64,000 bases of DNA from contig WGSI01000002.1 of the NCBI GenBank assembly GCA_014871745.1, forward strand, positions 24,615-88,614. The letters run 5' to 3'. The stretch comes from Collinsella sp. GTDB taxonomy: Bacteria > Actinomycetota > Coriobacteriia > Coriobacteriales > Coriobacteriaceae. Positions 57,318-64,000 of this stretch are shown here, one piece after another. Each line of letters opens with the position of its first letter. The first letter of the stretch is position 1. The notes beneath the pieces are model-generated. The model was not told the DNA's origin. It saw only the letters and a list, made by a program, of their open reading frames with translations, and made no database searches. Made by a program: the position numbers and the translations under genes.

Positions 57318-58049
57318 CTAGTGCAGAATCTTGGACAGGAACTCGCGGCAGCGCGGGTTCTCGGGGTTATCGAAGAAGTGCTCGGGCGTGCCCTCCTCCA
57401 GGATGCGACCGTCCTCCATAAAGATGACGCGGTCGGCCACCTGGCGCGCAAAGCCCATCTCGTGCGTCACGCAGATCATGGTGATATCCTCCTGCGCGAG
57501 CTCAATCATAACGTCCAGAACCTCCTGGACCATTTCGGGGTCGAGCGCCGAGGTCGGCTCGTCAAACAGGATGATGGGCTGCTTGGTGCACAGGGCACGG
57601 GCGATGGCGATGCGCTGCTGCTGACCGCCCGAGAGATTCTGCGGATACTCGCCGGCCTTATGCGCCATGCCGACACGCTTGAGCGCGGCAATGGCAATCT
57701 CGGTCGCCTCCTCCTTGCTCTTCTTTTGCAGCTTGATGGGCGCGAGCGTCAGGTTGCCGAGCACCGTCATGTTGGGATACAGGTTGAACTGCTGAAACAC
57801 CATGGAACTATACTTGCGAGCCATCTCCAGGTGGTTCTTTTTGGTGAGCGGCGTACCGTCGATGACGACCTCGCCCGACGTGGGCTCCTCCAGATAGTCG
57901 ACGCAACGGATGAGCGTCGACTTGCCCGAGCCGGAAGGCCCGATCATTACGAGCTTCTCGCCGCGCTTGACGGTGAGGTTGATATCTTTGAGCACATGCA
58001 GGTCGCCAAAGTACTTGTTGAGATGCTTGATCTCGATCATGTCTGCCAT
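57318..58049 (-). CDS. Polar amino-acid ABC transporter ATP-binding protein (GlnQ family)
   Basis: [34 protein letters not shown] and THEMGFA. Confidence 0.95.
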   Translation of the reverse strand: MADMIEIKHLNKYFGDLHVLKDINLTVKRGEKLVMIGPSGSGKSTLIRCVDYLEEPTSGEVVIDGTPLTKKNHLEMARKYSSMVFQQFNLYPNMTVLGNLTLAPIKLQKKSKEEATEIAIAALKRVGMAHKAGEYPQNLSGGQQQRIAIARALCTKQPIILFDEPTSALDPEMVQEVLDVMIELAQEDITMICVTHEMGFARQVADRVIFMEDGRILEEGTPEHFFDNPENPRCREFLSKILH

Positions 58050-58296
58050 GAATGTCCCTTCCCTGCGTTTACACGAGTTGAACTATTGTACGGAAAGAAC
58101 CGCGTTTCCGCAGCCCACACTACATCCCCGTAAAGAACCCGCAACCTTTAACCCACTCATTTAAGTCTGTCCCCAATGAGCACCCAACGACCAGCCAGGG
58201 GAGGTGCCCTTCATCAGGCCCGAAAATAATACAACCGCCCTTGTTGAGCATAAGTCAGCGAAAACCCGTACACGCGAGCAAGGTGACGTGAAATCA

Positions 58297-59025
58297 GAAC
58301 CACCCTTAAAAAGGGTGGTTTGCTCTTAGGGTATAACCCACGGGCCCCGGGCTCGCGTCTAAAGGCGCGGGCCCGGACTTCGTCCAGGCCTAGTGCATCT
58401 TGACCCGTGGCGCGCCGGTCGAACCGGCGGGATCACCTCCTCTTGAAGGGGTCCTCGTACTCCTTCACGCCCAGCTTGTCCAGCGCGATGTCGTGGGACT
58501 CCTGCTCCCTGATGTACTTGGCGATCGTCGCCTCGTTCAGGCCGACGGTGGACACGTAGCAGCCCTCCGCCCAGAACTTCCTGTTGCCGAACTTGTACTT
58601 GAGGTTGGCGTGCCTGTCGAATATCATCAGCGAGCTCCTCCCCTTCAGGTAGCCCATGACGCTCGCGACGCTGTACTTCGGCGGGATCGCCAGCAGCACG
58701 TGCACGTGGTCGGGCATCAGGTGCCCCTCGATTATCTCGATCCCCTTGTACTCGCACAGCTTCCTGAGGATCTCCCCTATGTCGCTCCTGATTTGGTTGT
58801 AGATCACTTTGCGCCTATACTTCGGCGTGAACACGACGTGGTGCCTGCACATCCACTTCGCGTGGGAAAGGCTGTAGGCCTTCTGGGCCATGGCGACCAC
58901 CCCTTCGACTCGAATTCCTGACGGCCTGAACAATCGTCAATATCGGTCGGAGGGGTGGCTTTGTAAAGCCGTTTGTCTCCACCCGCGTAGCGGGTGGTTT
59001 AAAGCTGGCCGCTGCGCGGCCAGCA
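58297..59025 (-). mobile_element. IS200/IS605-family element, TnpA only (ends approximate)
   Basis: Related subterminal hairpins AAACCACCC..GGGTGG at ~58979-59000 (left end) and 58297-58321 (right end) flank tnpA. No tnpB. Confidence 0.85.
58433..58891 (-). CDS. tnpA: IS200-family HUH (Y1) transposase
   Basis: HVVFTPKYRR, HUH motif DHVHVL, GYLKGRSS, FWAEG.YVSTVG and catalytic Tyr in KYIREQ. Confidence 0.95.
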   Translation of the reverse strand: MAQKAYSLSHAKWMCRHHVVFTPKYRRKVIYNQIRSDIGEILRKLCEYKGIEIIEGHLMPDHVHVLLAIPPKYSVASVMGYLKGRSSLMIFDRHANLKYKFGNRKFWAEGCYVSTVGLNEATIAKYIREQESHDIALDKLGVKEYEDPFKRR

Positions 59026-59121
59026 GACTAAAGTCTTGAAATGAAAGGGCGCTGACCTTCTGGTCGCGCCCTTGAAATTGAACGTCAGATTGCCGCGTGT
59101 ACGGGTTTGCAGCGTCGAGCC

Positions 59122-59149
59122 GTTACGCGGTTTGGTAAAACCGCGTAAC
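59122..59149 (-). terminator. Hairpin after yqeY
   Basis: GTTACGCGGTTT/AAACCGCGTAAC inverted repeat immediately after the stop at 59153. Confidence 0.6.
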
Positions 59150-59152
59150 AAA

Positions 59153-59596
59153 TTACGCAAGTTTGGCGCCGACGATCTTTGCTGCTGCCGGCTTGTCGAA
59201 ATTGCCACCGGTGGCCTTGCCGAGTGCTCCCATGACCTGGCCCATCTGCTTCTTGGACGTGGCGCCCAGCTCAGCGATGACCTGCTCGATCAGAGCCTCG
59301 AGCTCCTCGCCCGAAACCTGCACGGGCAGCAGGCTCTCCAGAATCTTGACCTGCTCGGTCAGGTTGTCGGTGCGCTCCTGGTCGGTACCGGCCTTAATGG
59401 ACATCTCCAGCGTCTCGCTCGTCTGCTTAATCAGACGCTTGATCATGCTGTTGACGTCTTCCTCGGTCACGTCGCGGCGCTCGTTAACCTCGATATTCTT
59501 CACCTCGGCCTTGACCTGGCGAATGATAGACAGGCGAACCTTGTCCTTGGCCTTCATGGCCGCAATCATTTCCTTCTGCAGCTCTTCGTTGGTCAT
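59153..59596 (-). CDS. yqeY: GatB/YqeY domain protein
   Basis: AAMKAKDKVRLSIIR...KNIEV, E..ILESLLP and KQMGQVMG. AGGAGG RBS. Confidence 0.9.
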   Translation of the reverse strand: MTNEELQKEMIAAMKAKDKVRLSIIRQVKAEVKNIEVNERRDVTEEDVNSMIKRLIKQTSETLEMSIKAGTDQERTDNLTEQVKILESLLPVQVSGEELEALIEQVIAELGATSKKQMGQVMGALGKATGGNFDKPAAAKIVGAKLA

Positions 59597-59650
59597 CTGC
59601 AAATCCTCCTCAATAGTGTGGGCGACACTCGCGCGAGCACCGTCCCATGA

Positions 59651-60874
59651 TTACTCAGTCGTCGACGAATTGTCGGTCGAGCTCTTGGTGACGCCCTTCA
59701 GGCTGACGTTGTACGGTACGTCCTTGGGCATGGGGTTGACGGTGATGTCGGCGTCCTTCTTGTACTGTTCCAGCCACTCGCTGTATGCAGTGCTGGCCGC
59801 CTGCGTCTTCACCACGTTGGAAATATATTTCTTGATGTCCTTGGGTACCTGCTTGATGTCATCGACCTGGCTATCGACATGGAAGTAGTCGGTGCACTTG
59901 ATGACGTGGTAACCGTACGTCGACTCGATCACGTCGCTCACATCGCCCTTGTTGAGTCCCTCGAGCGCCGCCTGGTAGCTGTCGACGAAGGTGGTGAGCT
60001 TGTCCCAGCCCACATCGCCCTTCTTCTCCTTGGAGCCGGTGTCGTCGGAATACTGCTTCACGGCGTCCTCAAAGCTCAGTTCGCCGGAGTTGATTTTGTC
60101 CAGGCACTCCTGCGCCTTGGCCTTGGCGGCGGCCTTGTCCTCGTCAGATGCGTCGGAATCAACCTTGATCAGGATGTTCGACGAGCGGCGGGCATCGTTG
60201 TAGTTAGACAGGTTCTCGTTGATGTAATCGACGATCTCACTGTCCTTGGGCTTACTGGTGGGCGCCACGGCGTCCTTAAGCTTTTGCTGTGCCAGGTTCT
60301 CCTTGAGCGAGTCCTTGTAGGTGTCCTCGGTATAGCCGTAGGTCTTAAGGGTCTTCTTAAAGGCCTTGGCACCGCCCGCGCTCTTGCACGCGTCCTTCCA
60401 TGCCTTCTCGACCTCCTCGTCCGACACCGTCACGCCGTTTTCCTTCTGCGCCTGCTGGAGCAGAATCTGCTGCGCGTAGGAATCGATGAGCTGCTTGCGG
60501 TACTTCTTGGGCGTCAGATCGTTGTCGACCAGATACTGCGCCCAGTCCTTGTCCTTGGTGTAGCCGTAGGACGTGCGCATGCTCATGATCTGCTTGGTCA
60601 CGGTGTCCTCGGTGAGGTTGGTGCCGTTGATGGTGGCAGCCACGCCACCAGTGAGCTTATAACCCGAGCTGGCGCTTTCGGTCTGCGACATCAGGCCGGA
60701 GCACGCCATCGCCGAGACGGAAAGTAGCATTGCCAGCACGCCGATAACCACTAGGACGATTTTGACGGTCTTAGACACGTACGTCTTGCGCTGCTTCTTA
60801 CGAGAGCTGGAGGCAGCGCGAGCCTGCTGCTCGGGCGTCGGCGCGGCCTCGGAGTTCTTTTTCTTGTTTGCCAT
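59651..60874 (-). CDS. PrsA/SurA-like parvulin peptidyl-prolyl isomerase (membrane-anchored, probable lipoprotein)
   Basis: TM segment + AMAC, a SurA-like N-domain and parvulin motifs SNILIK, FEDAVKQYSDD.GS...GDVGW and ESTYGYHVIK. Confidence 0.88.
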   Translation of the reverse strand: MANKKKNSEAAPTPEQQARAASSSRKKQRKTYVSKTVKIVLVVIGVLAMLLSVSAMACSGLMSQTESASSGYKLTGGVAATINGTNLTEDTVTKQIMSMRTSYGYTKDKDWAQYLVDNDLTPKKYRKQLIDSYAQQILLQQAQKENGVTVSDEEVEKAWKDACKSAGGAKAFKKTLKTYGYTEDTYKDSLKENLAQQKLKDAVAPTSKPKDSEIVDYINENLSNYNDARRSSNILIKVDSDASDEDKAAAKAKAQECLDKINSGELSFEDAVKQYSDDTGSKEKKGDVGWDKLTTFVDSYQAALEGLNKGDVSDVIESTYGYHVIKCTDYFHVDSQVDDIKQVPKDIKKYISNVVKTQAASTAYSEWLEQYKKDADITVNPMPKDVPYNVSLKGVTKSSTDNSSTTE

Positions 60875-60941
60875 AGTTGGCCTTTCGCATCACGAATCGA
60901 ACAAACGCCATTGTGTCACAACGCGGACCCCGCGACACACC

Positions 60942-61060
60942 TGGTGCATGGGGGACAGGTCAATCTGCACCATTTTGGTGCAAAGGGGGCTGTTCTGGCT
61001 GTCGGCAGTTAGGGACATTCCTTTTCTGCCGGCAGTTGGGGACAGTCCCCAAGTGCCGGC
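60942..61060. repeat. Cluster of three GGGAC-tagged hairpins
   Basis: 13-nt centres GGGGACAGGTCAA (60951), AGGGACATTCCTT (61011) and GGGGACAGTCCCC (61038), each flanked by inverted arms. Confidence 0.75.
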
Positions 61061-61061
61061 C

Positions 61062-61526
61062 CTAAAAGTGGCGACGGATGGCGTCGACCATGCCCTGGCA
61101 TGTGGTCTGGCCGAGCACATCGGCTGCGGCGGCGGCATCCATAAAGATATTCATAAGCGATTGCAGGGCCTCGACCTGGCCGCCCGGCTCGGCGATGCCC
61201 AGATTGATGATGATCTGCGCCGGCACGGGGGCACCCATGCCCGCCATTGCACTGAACACCACGGGCGCCGCGGGCTTTACCACCGCGATATAGGGCTTAG
61301 CCACAAATCCGGGATCGGTGTGCGGGATGGCGATGTTGGCCGCCGGCATGGCAAGGCCCGTGGGATAGACGTCCTCGCGTGCGCGGACGGCATCGAGCCA
61401 ACCGGACGAAATGTAGCCGCGCGGGGCAAGCTCACCCTCGAGCCGCGCAAACACCTCGCCCGGCGTCGCACACTCCCAATCAAAAAACACCAGCTCAGGC
61501 GTAAACAGCGCTTCGTTATCCGCCAT
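61062..61526 (-). CDS. PTS EIIA component (GatA/fructose-mannitol family), orphan
   Basis: RE.VYPTGL and IAIPHTD (phospho-His). No EIIB or EIIC nearby. Confidence 0.88.
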   Translation of the reverse strand: MADNEALFTPELVFFDWECATPGEVFARLEGELAPRGYISSGWLDAVRAREDVYPTGLAMPAANIAIPHTDPGFVAKPYIAVVKPAAPVVFSAMAGMGAPVPAQIIINLGIAEPGGQVEALQSLMNIFMDAAAAADVLGQTTCQGMVDAIRRHF

Positions 61527-61544
61527 GCGCTCACCTCTCTCACC

Positions 61545-61627
61545 TAGTCACCTGGGACGTTCTTAAACGACTAGTCATTCAAGAACGTCCCCAATGACTA
61601 GTCGTTTAAGAACGTCCCAGGTGACTA
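61545..61627. repeat. Perfect 35-bp inverted repeat around a 13-nt GTCCCC-tagged centre
   Basis: TAGTCACCTGGGACGTTCTTAAACGACTAGTCATT + CAAGAACGTCCCC + the exact reverse complement. Confidence 0.92.
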
Positions 61628-61705
61628 CCTAAAACAAAGGATGGCCACTTGCGCCTTGGCGCCAATGACCACCCTGACTACTCGGCTAAATTGTACTGTG
61701 CACCG

Positions 61706-62407
61706 CTAGCCGCGAGGTGCATCAATTGCCACTTTGCCGCTCTCCAGCACGTGGACGCGGCCGTCGGCGAGCATCTGAACAACCTCGGGATACAGCACAT
61801 GCTCAATCGCGTGGATGTGCTCCTCGAGCGTGTCGACATCCCAACCTTCCTCGACAGCCAGCGCGCGCTGGGCGATGATGGGGCCGTTGTCGTAGATCTC
61901 GTTGGCAAAATGCACGGTCACACCAGTTACCTTGACGCCGCGCGCAAAGGCATCGTCGATCGCATGCGCGCCGGTAAAGCTCGGCAGCAGCGCCGGATGC
62001 AAGTTGACCACGCGGTTGGGAAACGCCGCTAGCAGAGGCGTGTGCACCATGCGCATGTAGCCGGCCATGACCACATATTCGCAGCCGCGCTCGAGCAGCT
62101 CGTGCGCGATGATCTCGTCAGCGGCGATGGGATCGGCATAGACATCCTTGGACAGCGTAAGCGTCTGGATGCCCGCGCGCTCAGCACGCTGCAGTCCCTT
62201 GGCCGAAGGACGGCTCGACACCACGAGCTCAATCGAGGCATTGAGCTTGCCGGCGGCAATCAGGTCGATCAGCGCCTGCAGATTGGTGCCGGAGCCGCTG
62301 ATGAGCACACCGATCTTGAGCGGCTCGGCCGTATCGGTGTCAGTCGGACGAGTATAGGGCACAAAGTCCAGGCCCTCGGCGGCAGCCATCTGCTCGTTAG
62401 CGCTCAT
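61706..62407 (-). CDS. purN: Phosphoribosylglycinamide formyltransferase
   Basis: ISGSGTNLQA, MAGYMR, NLHPALLPSF, GVTVH and DNGPIIAQ. Confidence 0.96.
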   Translation of the reverse strand: MSANEQMAAAEGLDFVPYTRPTDTDTAEPLKIGVLISGSGTNLQALIDLIAAGKLNASIELVVSSRPSAKGLQRAERAGIQTLTLSKDVYADPIAADEIIAHELLERGCEYVVMAGYMRMVHTPLLAAFPNRVVNLHPALLPSFTGAHAIDDAFARGVKVTGVTVHFANEIYDNGPIIAQRALAVEEGWDVDTLEEHIHAIEHVLYPEVVQMLADGRVHVLESGKVAIDAPRG

Positions 62408-63500
62408 CGGAGTACACGACCTTACCGGAACCCTCGACGCACTCGCCCACGCGGAACGGCTTCTCGCCCAGCGCGACCAGGGCCTCGGTAACCGCAGCCT
62501 CGTCCTCGGGGGCGACGATCAGGCACAGGCCGACGCCCATGTTGAAAGTCTTGCATGCCTCGTTGGGCGCGAGCTCGGCCTGGCGCGACACGTAGGTGAT
62601 GACGGGCGGAACGTCCCAACCCATCTCGGCGCCGTTGCGGGTGACCACGGCGTCGACGTCGTCGGCAAGCGCGCGGTTGAGGTTCTCGGTGATGCCGCCG
62701 CCGGTGATGTGGGCAATGGCGTGCACCGGAGCGCCACCGCGCAGCAGCTCAAGAACCGGCTTGACGTAGATGCGCGTGGGGGCCAGCAGAGCGTCGGCCA
62801 GCGATGCGCCGCCGAGCTCCTCGAGCGGGCGGCTCAGCTCCTCGGCCTTAGCAGCGGCCTCGGGCGTGCCCGGCTTGATGCCGTCGACGCCGATGACCTT
62901 ACGCACCAGCGAGTAGCCGTTGGAGTGCACGCCGGTAGAAGGCAGGCCCAGAATCACGTCGCCGGGGCGGACGTTCGCGGGGTCGAGCATCTTGGGACGG
63001 TCGACGACGCCCACGGTAAAGCCGGCGAGGTCGTAGTCGGCGGGAGCCATAACGCCGGGGTGCTCGGCCATCTCGCCGCCCACGAGTGCGCAGCCCGCGA
63101 GCTTGCAGCCGTCGGCCACGCCCTTGATGATCTTTGCCATGTGCTCGGCCTCGATGTGGCCGATGGCAACGTAGTCCAGGAAGAACAGCGGCTCGGCGCC
63201 CGATGCCAAGATGTCGTTGACGCACATGGCGACCAGGTCCTGGCCCACCGTCTCGTGACGGTCCATGATCTGGGCGAGCACGAGCTTGGTGCCCACGCCG
63301 TCGGTACCGCTGATCAGGATCGGGTCTTCCATATCCTTAAGCGCGGCGGCCGAGAACAGGCCGCCAAAGCCACCGATACCGCCGATGACCTCGGGGCGGT
63401 TGGTGTCCTTAACCATTTGCTTAATAGCGTCGACGGCGCGGCCGCCCTCGGCGGTATCGACGCCGGCATCCTCATACGTCACATGCTTGCTGTCGCTCAT
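62397..63500 (-). CDS. purM: Phosphoribosylformylglycinamidine cyclo-ligase (AIR synthetase)
   Basis: TYEDAGVD, GTDGVGTK, VAMCVND, HSNGYS, AHITGGG and TFNMG. Confidence 0.97.
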   Translation of the reverse strand: MSDSKHVTYEDAGVDTAEGGRAVDAIKQMVKDTNRPEVIGGIGGFGGLFSAAALKDMEDPILISGTDGVGTKLVLAQIMDRHETVGQDLVAMCVNDILASGAEPLFFLDYVAIGHIEAEHMAKIIKGVADGCKLAGCALVGGEMAEHPGVMAPADYDLAGFTVGVVDRPKMLDPANVRPGDVILGLPSTGVHSNGYSLVRKVIGVDGIKPGTPEAAAKAEELSRPLEELGGASLADALLAPTRIYVKPVLELLRGGAPVHAIAHITGGGITENLNRALADDVDAVVTRNGAEMGWDVPPVITYVSRQAELAPNEACKTFNMGVGLCLIVAPEDEAAVTEALVALGEKPFRVGECVEGSGKVVYSDER

Positions 63501-63670
63501 CTGAGCCTTCCTCTCCCACTACTGCTTGACGCGCAGACGCCAAACAGTGCTCATAGTTGTCCTCGATTCGGCGCACATTCTGGCAACGCGCGCCGATCAA
63601 TCAACAAAACAGCAGGTAAAACCTACCATAATAAACCTGTCCCTAAATGGCATGTCCCTGAATGGCAGGT

Positions 63671-64000
63671 TTAGGCCTCGCCGTGCTTCTCTTCCCAGCT
63701 GCGGTCATCGTATTTCTCGACCACGGCGTCATCGTCAAAGTGCAGCGGCTTATCCAGGTTGCGGGGCTTAAAGCCCTCCATAAACTTGTCGCGGCCAAAG
63801 CTCTCGGGAATCGCCACGGGATAACGGCCGGTAAAGCACGCATCGCAGTAGCCGCCCTTGGGCATGACCTTCAGCAGGCCCTCAACCGAAAGGAAGGCCA
63901 GCGAATCGGCGCCGATATACTCGCAGATCTCCTCGACCGTCTTGTTAGCGCTGATAAGCTGCGACTGCACATCGGTATCGATGCCGTAGAAACACGGCCA
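63671..64000 (-). CDS. purF: Amidophosphoribosyltransferase, C-terminal part (5'-truncated by the window edge)
   Basis: WPCFYGIDT...QLISA, IGADSLAFLS and YCDACFTGRYP. Lies upstream of purM. Confidence 0.93.
   Translation of the reverse strand, partial: WPCFYGIDTDVQSQLISANKTVEEICEYIGADSLAFLSVEGLLKVMPKGGYCDACFTGRYPVAIPESFGRDKFMEGFKPRNLDKPLHFDDDAVVEKYDDRSWEEKHGEA

Noticed and set aside
58322..58432. TnpB or omega-RNA associated with the IS200
   Set aside because: No tnpB ORF or remnant is visible between tnpA and the right-end hairpin.

Overview
This is a GC-rich chromosomal window whose gene content and codon style point to a gut Coriobacteriia, probably Collinsella-like (inference). Housekeeping and metabolic content: the end of a NarX/NarL-type two-component system, a complete Ech-type group 4 [NiFe]-hydrogenase operon with echA and echB fused, initiator tRNA-fMet, coaX, a degenerate BirA-like gene, a folP-folK fusion, a sirtuin, exonuclease III, a CbrT-like ECF transporter, glmU-prs-pth, nfnAB, a polar amino-acid ABC transporter, an IS200, yqeY, a PrsA-like foldase, an orphan PTS EIIA and purN/purM/purF. 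Two accessory regions stand out. (1) About 7.2-27.6 kb, downstream of the tRNA 3' end: a bilirubin-reductase-like enzyme (HGDR motif), an AAA_14/DUF4143 ATPase-nuclease preceded by an exact 23-bp-period repeat array, an operon of three SipW-type signal-peptide proteins plus a ~3,560-aa GLUG-like secreted protein split at an A8 tract, and an AlbA/HATPase/wHTH gene boxed between two 61-bp palindromic direct repeats. (2) About 43.3-54.2 kb: two sortase-anchored surface proteins sharing a duplicated 3' module and a conserved upstream palindrome, next to a divergent multi-TM LuxR. Intergenic DNA holds at least three distinct repeat systems: arrays of alternating inverted 15-mers with fixed 25-26-bp variable spacers (20 copies in 3 arrays), hairpins with variable arms around a fixed 13-nt GGGAC-tagged centre (about 11 copies), and ~152-bp inverted-repeat elements with a central CGCAGGT motif (4 copies). 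All functional calls come from motifs read by eye; no database searches were run.
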